Of a stretch of 64,000 nt of DNA, positions 28,383-36,700 are shown piece after piece. The stretch spans positions 22,249-86,248 of the IMG/VR virus record IMGVR_UViG_3300020021_000004. One strand, written 5' to 3'. A program made the position numbers and the translations under genes. Position 1 is the first letter of the stretch. Each line of letters starts with the position of its first letter. Source of the stretch: a virus. The notes under the pieces are model-generated. The model was not told where the DNA came from. It searched no databases and saw nothing but the letters and a program-made list of their open reading frames with translations.

Positions 28383-30198
28383 TGCTAATTGACTCCTCCA
28401 ACAGTGAGATGTTGGTTTTGGCTTCCTCAAACACGTCGGATTCGGCGTTGTCTGGAAGCAGCTCCAGCACCTTACGCGCCCAATAAAGAGAATCTTCGAA
28501 CCGACCCAACTCTCCGTGAACCATGGCCAGCCGTTGTGCTGGGATCCATGAGTACATGGGGAGGTCCACCCACCACAGGGTGAAGGGCGGCTCTCCAACT
28601 TTAGTCCCCGCATAAGTATACCATTGGAGGGCCTCTTCGAACTTGTCCTCCCGGAACGCCAAGTCCCCTAGCCGAACCCAATGTTCAGTCCGGCTCCAAT
28701 CGTCCCCGACCGCCCCTAAAAGGATGTCTCGAGCGCTGATCCAATCAGCCGCTTTCTGCTCTTCCGTTCGAGGTGGGGTAGTGGGATCCGAAGCCCTTTG
28801 GCTGTACAGCTTCGAGAGGATGAGGCGCGTGTGGTACCGCATGGGCCCGTTCTTCTTTGGGACCCTCAGGTACTCTTCCAACCGTTCGATCGCCTTATCG
28901 TTCGAGTGTTCACGCCATTCTGAGCCCAAATAGTGGAGCGACATGGCGTTGCCGTTGTGGACCCAGTCGTCCATCAACGTCACACGGTTCTGAGTCTTTC
29001 TCTGAACGTGACGAGCCATTTCACGGTCGATAGCTCGCTCGTGAAGGGTGCGGACCTGCGGCAGGTTGATGGCGTAGGTGCCGGTCGGGTAGTCCAGAAT
29101 GTTGTGCGTCTGACGGGCGTACCGGATGCGCGAGTCTTGTTTGCACAGCCAAGGGAAAGCCCACTGCTGATCGTTGCCCGTACGGAGGACGAATCCAAGC
29201 TTCGTCTGCGGGGGCATCTGGTCCAGCGAAAGCAGGGCTTCCCACCCTGAAACCAACCGCTCATGGCCCTCCGTCATGAAGATCCACTCTGAAGTGCACT
29301 TGTCCATGCACTGGTTGCGGATCCACCCGAAATGAACTCCACCCTCAGGGGTTTCGTCACCCTTGGGGCCTTCAGGGTCCTTCAAAAAGAACACCACTTC
29401 AGCGTACTTTTCGGCAATTTCCCAGGTGTTGTCGGTCGTCCGAGGATCGACACCAATGACGATTTCATCCGCCACCGCTCGGAAACTTGCAAGGGTGGCC
29501 TCGAGGTCCGCCCCCTCATCACGACAAGGCATCGTCACCGACAGGGTGAAGCCTTTTTCCCAACCGCAAACCCCCAAAAGGTACGGTCCAAGCACTTCGA
29601 TCCGTACGTGTTCGAAGTGCTGTTGCAAGTCCCTCTTGAAGGACATGGCGTTGTACTTCACCGTGTGCTGGGGCTCTTCATCAGGTCCCAAGCGATCGTT
29701 GGGTACCGAGAACAAGGCTCGCCCACGCTTGGCAGCGTGCTTGAACAACCGATGGCGGGTCTCCGCACTCAGGTGCTCGACCACCTCAGTGGCGATGCAA
29801 ACATCCAAGGGACGATCGAGAACTCGATCGAGGTCCGCATCGCTCTCCAAATCGGCGATGGCGGTCTCGAGTCCTAGTTCTCGCGCCTTCTCGAGAGCGG
29901 CCTCGCTGTGGTCCACCACAAGAGGCTCGACCTTCTTGGTGACCTTCAGACGCTCAGCCAAGATACCGGTGCCACCCCCAAGATCGACGATCTTGGACCC
30001 CGGGGTGAGAATGCGCTCGATGCGAGTGTAGACCTGGCTCAGAGCCTGCTTTCGCCACTCCTCTTGCCCCTCTTCCTTCCAGAGGCGATTCCAAAGGTCG
30101 GGGCTATTGGCAAGACGTGCTTGCCGCTCAGCTGCCTCTTCTTCTTTGGTCTTGGTCTTAGCTTCGTCGACTAGTTCCACAGCCTGAGTAGCTTCCAT
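28342..30198 (-). CDS. Class I SAM methyltransferase / GT2 glycosyltransferase / TPR fusion
   Basis: IVDLGGGTG...TEVVEHL (MTase); LSVTMPCRDE...ADEIVIGVD..TTDNTWEIA...FGWIRN (GT-A); C-terminal TPR-like helices. Confidence 0.8.
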   Translation of the reverse strand: MEATQAVELVDEAKTKTKEEEAAERQARLANSPDLWNRLWKEEGQEEWRKQALSQVYTRIERILTPGSKIVDLGGGTGILAERLKVTKKVEPLVVDHSEAALEKARELGLETAIADLESDADLDRVLDRPLDVCIATEVVEHLSAETRHRLFKHAAKRGRALFSVPNDRLGPDEEPQHTVKYNAMSFKRDLQQHFEHVRIEVLGPYLLGVCGWEKGFTLSVTMPCRDEGADLEATLASFRAVADEIVIGVDPRTTDNTWEIAEKYAEVVFFLKDPEGPKGDETPEGGVHFGWIRNQCMDKCTSEWIFMTEGHERLVSGWEALLSLDQMPPQTKLGFVLRTGNDQQWAFPWLCKQDSRIRYARQTHNILDYPTGTYAINLPQVRTLHERAIDREMARHVQRKTQNRVTLMDDWVHNGNAMSLHYLGSEWREHSNDKAIERLEEYLRVPKKNGPMRYHTRLILSKLYSQRASDPTTPPRTEEQKAADWISARDILLGAVGDDWSRTEHWVRLGDLAFREDKFEEALQWYTYAGTKVGEPPFTLWWVDLPMYSWIPAQRLAMVHGELGRFEDSLYWARKVLELLPDNAESDVFEEAKTNISLLEESISNAGQGHSERAGAV

Positions 30199-30226
30199 TC
30201 ATTTCCTCTGATTTCTGGGTTTTCAT

Positions 30227-30775
30227 TTAGCCTCCCTGTTTACGGGGAGGATTGGGATCCACAACAAAGTGTTCGGTCTGTACTGGGGCCGTCTTGGGCA
30301 GCACCTGTGCACGAGCGGGCATGCCCGCAGGAATGACAGCGACCTGCTTCTTCAACAACACCGCCCGTAGGTCCGCCGACCCATCCAGGGTAGCCATCAA
30401 GATCGAGTCGGTGCCCTTCCACGTGTGGATCGTGTCAGCCGTCCCCACGAGGTCCGAGAGTGCTTTGGCATACGACGTCTGAAGACTCACCTGATCAGCC
30501 GCCGCCATGCTGTCACCGAGCGTCGCCCAGCGTACGAAACCCGTAGAGGCTACGTCACTCGCGGCTACCGCATCCGAAACCGCGATCCCAAAGCCCTTCG
30601 AGATCAAGATGCTGTCGCTGATGTTGACGGTGTCGGTGTTGAAGGATGTCTCCACGAACATGGAGTCCCCCATCACGATGAGGTCTTGGAGGCTGTATTG
30701 GTACGACATCGCCAAGGCAATGGCATCCGCAGAGACCGAGAAGGAGTCGTTGACGACCGTGTCCAATAGAGCCAT
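30227..30775 (-). CDS. Short paralogue of the repeat backbone protein
   Basis: FVETSFNTDTVNISDS, VSDAVAASD and YAKALSDLVGTAD match the repeat units of the giant protein. Confidence 0.7.
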   Translation of the reverse strand: MALLDTVVNDSFSVSADAIALAMSYQYSLQDLIVMGDSMFVETSFNTDTVNISDSILISKGFGIAVSDAVAASDVASTGFVRWATLGDSMAAADQVSLQTSYAKALSDLVGTADTIHTWKGTDSILMATLDGSADLRAVLLKKQVAVIPAGMPARAQVLPKTAPVQTEHFVVDPNPPRKQGG

Positions 30776-30787
30776 AGCGCGCCTCCT

Positions 30788-31174
30788 TTAGGTGCAGAAA
30801 CCCGCCGTCAAGCCAGACTCGACAGCAAGGGGAAGGTTCACGACATCGAAGTCGATCCCGACGATTTGAGACGTCCCAGGATAGTTGATCAGCAGGTTCC
30901 AATGCCCAAGAGAGTTGGGAAAGAACCGAAGGCCATAGCCCTGATTGGGCAGCGCATCCCAGTAGACGGAGCCCGACACCACTTGGGCATCTGACACCAC
31001 CGAGCCGTCGAGAAGGGGCCACGCCACGACGGTGTTGTTCAGGAACAACGTCAACGTCACGTCAGCGGGCACCACTCCAGCAATTCGGGTGTACTGGTTG
31101 GCCGAAAAGAGGTCCACCTGATCGTAGATCAGCTGGTTGATCTGCACTAAGCGCGTTCGAAAAGTGGCCGCCAT
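30788..31174 (-). CDS. Small Ig-like structural protein
   Basis: GYGLRFFPNSLGHWNLLI is an Ig/YtkA-like strand pattern; located in the fibre locus. Confidence 0.55.
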   Translation of the reverse strand: MAATFRTRLVQINQLIYDQVDLFSANQYTRIAGVVPADVTLTLFLNNTVVAWPLLDGSVVSDAQVVSGSVYWDALPNQGYGLRFFPNSLGHWNLLINYPGTSQIVGIDFDVVNLPLAVESGLTAGFCT

Positions 31175-31179
31175 GAGGC

Positions 31180-31566
31180 TCAGCTTTCCGTGATCGAGAA
31201 GTACCCGATTGGGAAAAAGAGGGCGTCCTCCGCATACACGGTCTTCGGCGTCCCCAAGGTACCGAAGTACAGCATGTTGCCTGCCGTCAAGGCGTCGAAC
31301 ACCGCTACTCCAGGGACGTCACCCCAATCCAGCGTCGGGGTTGGGTAAGTGATGACGTTGGTGTTGTGGCTCTCGCCCGCCGAAGACGCAGAGAACACTG
31401 CTGCTCGGCGTATGTAGGACCCACCCGTCACTTCAGTGCCGCCGCCGGCACTCGTGGGCGTCACGTTGAATAACGCGACGTACCAGGCGGACGGAGGCGT
31501 GAACGTCACACCCCGAAGGACGTGGTTCGCCAAAGCGTTTCGCAGGTAGTCGGTTTTGTTCATCAT
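31180..31566 (-). CDS. Small phage fibre subunit (YVALF..P...G.EV.G..Y.R family)
   Basis: YVALFNVTPTSAGGGTEVTGGSYIR...WG.V..VAVFDALTAGNMLYFG is a recurrent phage minor tail/fibre family motif. Confidence 0.65.
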   Translation of the reverse strand: MMNKTDYLRNALANHVLRGVTFTPPSAWYVALFNVTPTSAGGGTEVTGGSYIRRAAVFSASSAGESHNTNVITYPTPTLDWGDVPGVAVFDALTAGNMLYFGTLGTPKTVYAEDALFFPIGYFSITES

Positions 31567-31579
31567 GACGAAGAAGCCC

Positions 31580-31825
31580 TCATGCCATATGGCAGATCGA
31601 TTTGAGAGCCTTCACCGCGTTAGCGTACTGAAGACCCGACACTTTGCCCGTCTGTGCAAACCAAGCGTTTTTGAGTTCTTCGATGTTCGAAATCGTCGGG
31701 TCGAAAACGAAGCTGACCCGTCCCGTCCCGCTCTTTTCCGTCCGGGTCATCGCTACTCCCGCTACCTGAAGATAGGCCGCGAAATAGAGGTCGGACGTTC
31801 GAAATTCTGTATCTTTGCTCAACAT
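31580..31825 (-). CDS. DUF5659-like small protein, candidate nucleic-acid-binding regulator
   Basis: FRTSDLYFAAYLQVAG...RVSFVFD matches my recollection of the DUF5659 signature. ATG 31825. Confidence 0.6.
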   Translation of the reverse strand: MLSKDTEFRTSDLYFAAYLQVAGVAMTRTEKSGTGRVSFVFDPTISNIEELKNAWFAQTGKVSGLQYANAVKALKSICHMA

Positions 31826-31841
31826 TTTGTATCCCAATCTC

Positions 31842-31931
31842 GCCCCTTCCGAAGAAGGGCCGTAAAATTCGAATCTGATTTGGGGTCTCGATCTGGATCT
31901 TCATCTGGAGGACCCCGGCTAGGGGGCCCTC
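31842..31931 (-). promoter_or_regulatory. Structured 5' leader: hairpin, hexamer array, UUCG hairpin
   Basis: GAGGGCCCC-CTAGCC-GGGGTCCTC stem; AGATGA AGATCC AGATCG AGACCCC AAATC AGATTC GAATTT; CCCTTC-TTCG-GAAGGG. Confidence 0.65.
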
Positions 31932-31950
31932 TTTCACGCGACAACCTGGA

Positions 31951-33072
31951 TCAGGTCATCGCCACCGCAGCGGTCGCCCGCTGACGGACCTGCACTCGAG
32001 CAGTCGTAGTCGTCAGCGTCGCCCCGGGGATGAGGGACGCCGGCACCACAATCGAGGTCGCCGACACCGACCCGCCAGCGGCCTCGATGGCCTTCTGGTG
32101 CAAGGTCTTGTTGATGCCCGGACCCGCTACTCGGATCTTGGTCTCCTTGTTGTCGAACCCGCCCAAGCCCGTACCCGTGAGCGTGAGCGCACCGGTGGAA
32201 GGCGTATTGAGGTCCGCCACCGAGAGGACCGGTAGGCCCGCTGCGAAGGGCGTGACGCCATCATCAGCCACCACCGAGATGGCAGCCGCACTCGGGAGGC
32301 CGCTTCGGCTGTCGGGATTGAAGGCAGCGTTCCGGTACTCGGAAATCATGCCCACCAGGTAGCTGTCGATCGCCACAGCCGTTTCAGCCAGCTTAGGTGC
32401 GACAGCGTCCGCCACTTTGCCCGTCGTCCCACGAGCGGTCGGGATGAGCGACAAGGCGTTGGTGGCCGTGCTGGCCCCCACAGCGTTGATGGTGGCGGTC
32501 GACACGTCCAAGGTGCCGTTGATGGGATTCAACGCCGTGATGAACGTCGCAGCCGACGGCATCGTGCGTTGGATGGCCGAAGAGCCAAAGCCGAGGGGCG
32601 TGTTGCCCGTCGCGCCGTTGCCCACAGAGTCGATACCAACGATGCTGTTCACACCCTTGGTCAGACTCTCGATCGACACCCGCTGCCCAGTGCCCGTGCC
32701 CTGGTAAGCCGTGATACCCGTACCCGCCAGAGCGACGTTGATAGCCGCCAAGAAGGTCGTGATACTGGCGTACACAGCGTGCACGATCGTGACAACCGTG
32801 AACGAACCCGCAGCCGTTGTGCGGACCCTCAAGGTGTCGTTCGAGCCCGTGATGGTGATCGAGAAGTTGCCCGAGATATCGGACCCCTGGATCACTGCAC
32901 CGGCGCCAGACGTCGAGTTGGCCAGAACCCCCTCGATTTCCGTGGTGGTCGGGCGCCCAATGTACAGCTCCTGACCCTTCGGTTCGGTGGGTGGATTGTA
33001 TTGAGAAACTGTCTCCAAGTCCACCAAGTGGATGGGCCCTGGAAGATCACCACGAATGACTCCGATACGCAT
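31951..33072 (-). CDS. Virion structural protein with a sheath-type insert domain and C-terminal IPT-like domain
   Basis: NDTLRVR...FLAAINVAL...NTPLGF resembles the inserted domains of the sheath; LTLTGTGLG is an IPT motif. Confidence 0.6.
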   Translation of the reverse strand: MRIGVIRGDLPGPIHLVDLETVSQYNPPTEPKGQELYIGRPTTTEIEGVLANSTSGAGAVIQGSDISGNFSITITGSNDTLRVRTTAAGSFTVVTIVHAVYASITTFLAAINVALAGTGITAYQGTGTGQRVSIESLTKGVNSIVGIDSVGNGATGNTPLGFGSSAIQRTMPSAATFITALNPINGTLDVSTATINAVGASTATNALSLIPTARGTTGKVADAVAPKLAETAVAIDSYLVGMISEYRNAAFNPDSRSGLPSAAAISVVADDGVTPFAAGLPVLSVADLNTPSTGALTLTGTGLGGFDNKETKIRVAGPGINKTLHQKAIEAAGGSVSATSIVVPASLIPGATLTTTTARVQVRQRATAAVAMT

Positions 33073-33087
33073 TTTCAGACTCCCTGG

Positions 33088-33447
33088 TCAGGTTGCTGTG
33101 AGACGTCCCCGTGCTTGGTCAATCTTGAGGTTCTGGAGGACGATCCCATAATCACTGTAGAACTTGGCGATGTACTGAACGAAAGCGAGGTCGTCCGCCC
33201 GCCAAGCAAATTGTGCCCCCTTGACCGACCGCCGCATGCGATCGAGGAGCTTGATGTAGAGGGGAGCCCGGTCGAGTTGCTGAAGCTCGGCGATAGCTCC
33301 TTCGAGCCGGTTGAGTCTCCCCTGCGCATCCTTGAGAAGGTTTCGCCGGTACGGATCCGGAATGAGGTTCTTCGGCATCCACCGGTGGTCGACCCGGTAG
33401 AAGCTTGTGCCCTCAACTTCGAGGATGGCAGGGAGGAGGCTAAACAC
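33088..33447 (-). CDS. Hypothetical protein (119 aa)
   Basis: Fills the operon gap; helical. Confidence 0.55.
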   Translation of the reverse strand: MFSLLPAILEVEGTSFYRVDHRWMPKNLIPDPYRRNLLKDAQGRLNRLEGAIAELQQLDRAPLYIKLLDRMRRSVKGAQFAWRADDLAFVQYIAKFYSDYGIVLQNLKIDQARGRLTAT

Positions 33448-33455
33448 TTCACGGT

Positions 33456-34067
33456 TCAGGTAACGGTGAAGGTGTTGCTGGTAAGAGCGTCCGAACGAAC
33501 CGTGACGTGGTCACCAGCCGCCAAGCCCGGCACCAACAAGGTGTCGATGACGATCGACACGTCGGTGAAGGCGCCACCCGCTCCGGCCAGGATTTGCGTC
33601 CTGTTCAGAGTGATGCCGCCTACGCCTACGCCTGCACCCTGCACGAACACCGTCGAGATCTCGGGAGCCACCGAAAGGAATCCGGTACCCGTGATCGTGA
33701 CGTCGCCCGTTCCGGGTACGCCGTGTACGGCGCCTGTGACGACCGGAGTCGCAATGTCGGTCGGTACGAACGACACCGTGGTGATGAGACCGGCCTGCAC
33801 GAGCTTGGAGATCTTGCCCTTGCTGGACGACAACGTCACCCGATTGGTCTGACGAAGGTCGATGTAACCCGCGACAGTAGCGTCGGTCTTCTTGACCCTC
33901 GGAACGTAGCAAGGCTGCTTGTCCGCACCGGCATAGCCGTCGCGCTTGTAAGCCTTGGGGTCGCCCGAGCTACCTAGCCGGTGGACTTCTTTGTTGGGGA
34001 GCCCGTCATCAAGGTCGTCGACCAAAATGGGTCCCTGAACCGTTTGTGCGTGTACTAGCCTCAGCAT
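33456..34067 (-). CDS. IPT/TIG-domain structural protein
   Basis: PVVTG...VTITGTGF...VTVRSDALTSNTFTVT. N-terminal GPILVDDL resembles GPIHLVDL of 31951..33072. Confidence 0.65.
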   Translation of the reverse strand: MLRLVHAQTVQGPILVDDLDDGLPNKEVHRLGSSGDPKAYKRDGYAGADKQPCYVPRVKKTDATVAGYIDLRQTNRVTLSSSKGKISKLVQAGLITTVSFVPTDIATPVVTGAVHGVPGTGDVTITGTGFLSVAPEISTVFVQGAGVGVGGITLNRTQILAGAGGAFTDVSIVIDTLLVPGLAAGDHVTVRSDALTSNTFTVT

Positions 34068-34098
34068 TTTCGCGATACTCCTCGCTGTGGATCACAGG

Positions 34099-34108
34099 CG
34101 ATAAAAGG
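34099..34108 (-). promoter_or_regulatory. Candidate late-promoter motif CCTTTTATCG
   Basis: Exact copy of the motif at 11136 and 53731. Confidence 0.55.
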
Positions 34109-34141
34109 AACCTCGGAACTCAAAACTGTGCAATCTCAGCG

Positions 34142-34789
34142 TCAAAGGGGAAGATAGTTGGTGAAGGAGGCCGAGAAGGCGGCCGTTCCACCTGCCCCAC
34201 GGACCATTAAAAGGTCGCTGGGGCCGTCGTAGTTGTGCATGACCTCTTGAGCGCTCACCTGCTGCTCGGCCCCGCCTACCGTGTAGGACACGTAAAGAGC
34301 GTTGCCCGCAGACGCATTGGCGTTCTTGATGTAGAAGTCCTGAGAATTCTGGGGAAGGTTGAGCTGAAGCGAGTTCGCAATGGCGGCTCCTTGAGGCGCC
34401 GTACCTGCGATCTGCACCCGACTGTTGCCGTAATGCTCGGCATCCGTGAGGATCAGAGTCCCGGGACCCGGAGTCCCAGGAGTACCCGAGAAGTCCACGG
34501 CAACGAACCTCATCCAGAAGTGAGCGGCATCCGCGATGCCCGCCACACCGTTGAAACTGTCAGGGTTGAATACCACCCTGATTTGGTCGTTGTTGTTGAC
34601 GGCGTTCAAAACCATCGGATTGATCGCAGGATCGAGGTATCCCGAACCAATCGGTGCCGTAATGACGGTCGTGTACGATTGGTCGAAGTTGGTGGCTACC
34701 TGAAAGCGGTAGCCCGCCACGTTCGCCCTTTTGGGGGTGAGAACGTCCACGATGTTCTTGCGGCGGCGAATGACACTGAAGTCCCTCAT
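34142..34789 (-). CDS. Putative beta-rich structural protein
   Basis: FN3-like N-terminal half, jelly-roll-like C-terminal half; coupled to the upstream gene. Confidence 0.55.
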   Translation of the reverse strand: MRDFSVIRRRKNIVDVLTPKRANVAGYRFQVATNFDQSYTTVITAPIGSGYLDPAINPMVLNAVNNNDQIRVVFNPDSFNGVAGIADAAHFWMRFVAVDFSGTPGTPGPGTLILTDAEHYGNSRVQIAGTAPQGAAIANSLQLNLPQNSQDFYIKNANASAGNALYVSYTVGGAEQQVSAQEVMHNYDGPSDLLMVRGAGGTAAFSASFTNYLPL

Positions 34790-35193
34790 AACGTGCGCTC
34801 CTTGGCAACGAGGGGTGCGTAAGTGCTTGCAGCCTCAGCGCCCTTAGTGCTCCGTACGTGATCCTGAATATCGGCCCAATTGTGAGCCTCTTGACCCTGG
34901 TAATTGGGGACCAGGCGAGACTTGAAAACGTGGTCTTTTTCCTTCTGAGCCATGACCACGCCCCGCTCTTTGCGGAACTTGTTCTCCTTGTTGGCCTTGC
35001 TCATCCACCCACCCGAGACGCCGTCCTTGAGGACGAAGCCCACGGTTCCAGGGTTGAACACGATCTCCAAAGACTGTCCCGTGTCGTCCACCAAGGTGGA
35101 CTCACCGGACTTCACCTTGTCGTACTCAGTGAAGCTCATACGCTTCGAGACCAAAGCTCCGTCGGTCGTTCGTTTGAAAGTATAGGTTGGCAT
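34786..35193 (-). CDS. Cys-less FmdB-like protein
   Basis: ATG 35193. MPTYTFKRTTDG...GFVLKDGVSGGW parallels the FmdB layout without cysteines. Confidence 0.5.
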   Translation of the reverse strand: MPTYTFKRTTDGALVSKRMSFTEYDKVKSGESTLVDDTGQSLEIVFNPGTVGFVLKDGVSGGWMSKANKENKFRKERGVVMAQKEKDHVFKSRLVPNYQGQEAHNWADIQDHVRSTKGAEAASTYAPLVAKERTL

Positions 35194-35201
35194 TTCTGGA
35201 T

Positions 35202-36398
35202 TTACATTTCTCGAAGCCATGCTTGCAGCTTGGGCGGGACCGATTCCCAACCCCTGTCCAACCCTAAACGACCCATGGCTCCGGCCAAGTCGCGGGTAGG
35301 AATCCATTTCGAAGACCATTCCTGGCCCTCTTTGCGAAGTTGATACTTCCCTTGCCCCTCAGCCTCTCCCTGAGCCCGTGCGTAGACGGTCAGGGGGCCG
35401 TCCTGCGCTTCGAAGGTTCGCTTCCAGCCCTTCTCTTGGTGCTGGGGATCGAGAGCGTAGAGAGCCGCACAGACCTGGCAAGCCCGCTTGTCCATGGCCC
35501 GCTTGAGGACCCGACGAACACGGTCCGCCTTCTTGACGGCCCGCTGAAGCTTAGCCTCAGGGAGAGCCCAGTTCTTGGTCATCGACAAAGCGGCGGCCAC
35601 GTGTTTGCACACCCTGTTGTCGCGCTCAGGGTCTCGAATGTCGGGCGTTGAAGCGGTCCCTACCTGCTTACCTAGCTGGTAGTCGTCCGTCCGGGCGTGG
35701 AACTCCGGCCCTAACCACTGCCACGCCTTACACGAGCACGACAACTCGAGGTCGAGCTTGGCGAACGCCAGATTGCGACCCTTCGGGATCGCTCGAACCT
35801 TCACGGCCTTGGGACCGTTCCCGCACTCTACAGCAAAGATCCAACGCAGGTTCTTGGTGTCGGCTCGCTTGAGGGCTGCCGAGCACTTTCGGGCTCGGGC
35901 TTGAAACTTGGAGTCCAGCCCGGTCAGGACCTGCGTCAGGTTCGCAGCCGACTTCTGGACTAGTTCGACCACCTCGTAAGGGGCCGAAGCCGCAACTATC
36001 CGTACAGGAGCGCCTTCGAGCTTCCACTGCTCGGCCAAGAAAGCGGCGTTGTGGGCGTTCGGCTTATCGTCCCTGTAGGGGTACTTGGTCTTGCCCCCTT
36101 CCTCAGAGGGCTTACCGCTGTTGAAGCTCGGACTCGCTTTCGAATGGTCGATGCTGTCGGGGACCGTCTGGTCCTTCGTCATGTCATCCGGACCCTCGAC
36201 ACGGTACATCGACTCGTCTTCGTTCTCAGGCTTCCGGATGTCGTCCACCGGCTTCGAGAACGTAGCCTCGCCCGGGATACTGGGATCCAGAGAGATCCCA
36301 GTATCGGCAGGACCGCCTCCAGGCAGCTCCGCTACCGCAAGAGGCATCCTTGGCTGGCCCTCTCCATAGGGCGGACGAGAAATGAGCGGTTGAGTCAA
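35202..36398 (-). CDS. SWIM zinc-finger protein with acidic N-terminal extension
   Basis: SCSCKAWQW...CKHVAAAL. Confidence 0.7.
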   Translation of the reverse strand: MTQPLISRPPYGEGQPRMPLAVAELPGGGPADTGISLDPSIPGEATFSKPVDDIRKPENEDESMYRVEGPDDMTKDQTVPDSIDHSKASPSFNSGKPSEEGGKTKYPYRDDKPNAHNAAFLAEQWKLEGAPVRIVAASAPYEVVELVQKSAANLTQVLTGLDSKFQARARKCSAALKRADTKNLRWIFAVECGNGPKAVKVRAIPKGRNLAFAKLDLELSCSCKAWQWLGPEFHARTDDYQLGKQVGTASTPDIRDPERDNRVCKHVAAALSMTKNWALPEAKLQRAVKKADRVRRVLKRAMDKRACQVCAALYALDPQHQEKGWKRTFEAQDGPLTVYARAQGEAEGQGKYQLRKEGQEWSSKWIPTRDLAGAMGRLGLDRGWESVPPKLQAWLREM

Positions 36399-36700
36399 TC
36401 GGCCGCCTTGATCCTCACCTTGAGGCCACGCTTGAAACGGTCGTTCGAAGACTCCAGGGTGTAAGCGCCATCCTTTTCAGAGACGACCTTGAAGTCGTAG
36501 GGGCCGCCCATCACCTGCCCCTTCATCTTGAGCTTGACGGTGCTGCCTACACTGCCCCCGTCCGTCACGGTGAGGATGGAGCCACGGTTGAACATATCAG
36601 AGGGCCACTGACCTTTCCGCATCAACACCGAAAGCTCAGTGTCCTTGGAGAGGGCGTCGGAAGCCACTACCCTGAAGTTGCGACGGTCGTAGCTGTACAT
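36395..36700 (-). CDS. Putative internal head protein (MYSYDRR leader)
   Basis: ATG 36700 overlaps the upstream TGA; starts MYSYDRRNFRVVAS. Confidence 0.6.
   Translation of the reverse strand: MYSYDRRNFRVVASDALSKDTELSVLMRKGQWPSDMFNRGSILTVTDGGSVGSTVKLKMKGQVMGGPYDFKVVSEKDGAYTLESSNDRFKRGLKVRIKAAD

Noticed and set aside
32569-33852. 427-aa plus-strand ORF and the many other plus-strand ORFs (e.g. 46239..47264, 53520..54410)
   Set aside because: All overlap well-supported minus-strand genes; expected in high-GC DNA.
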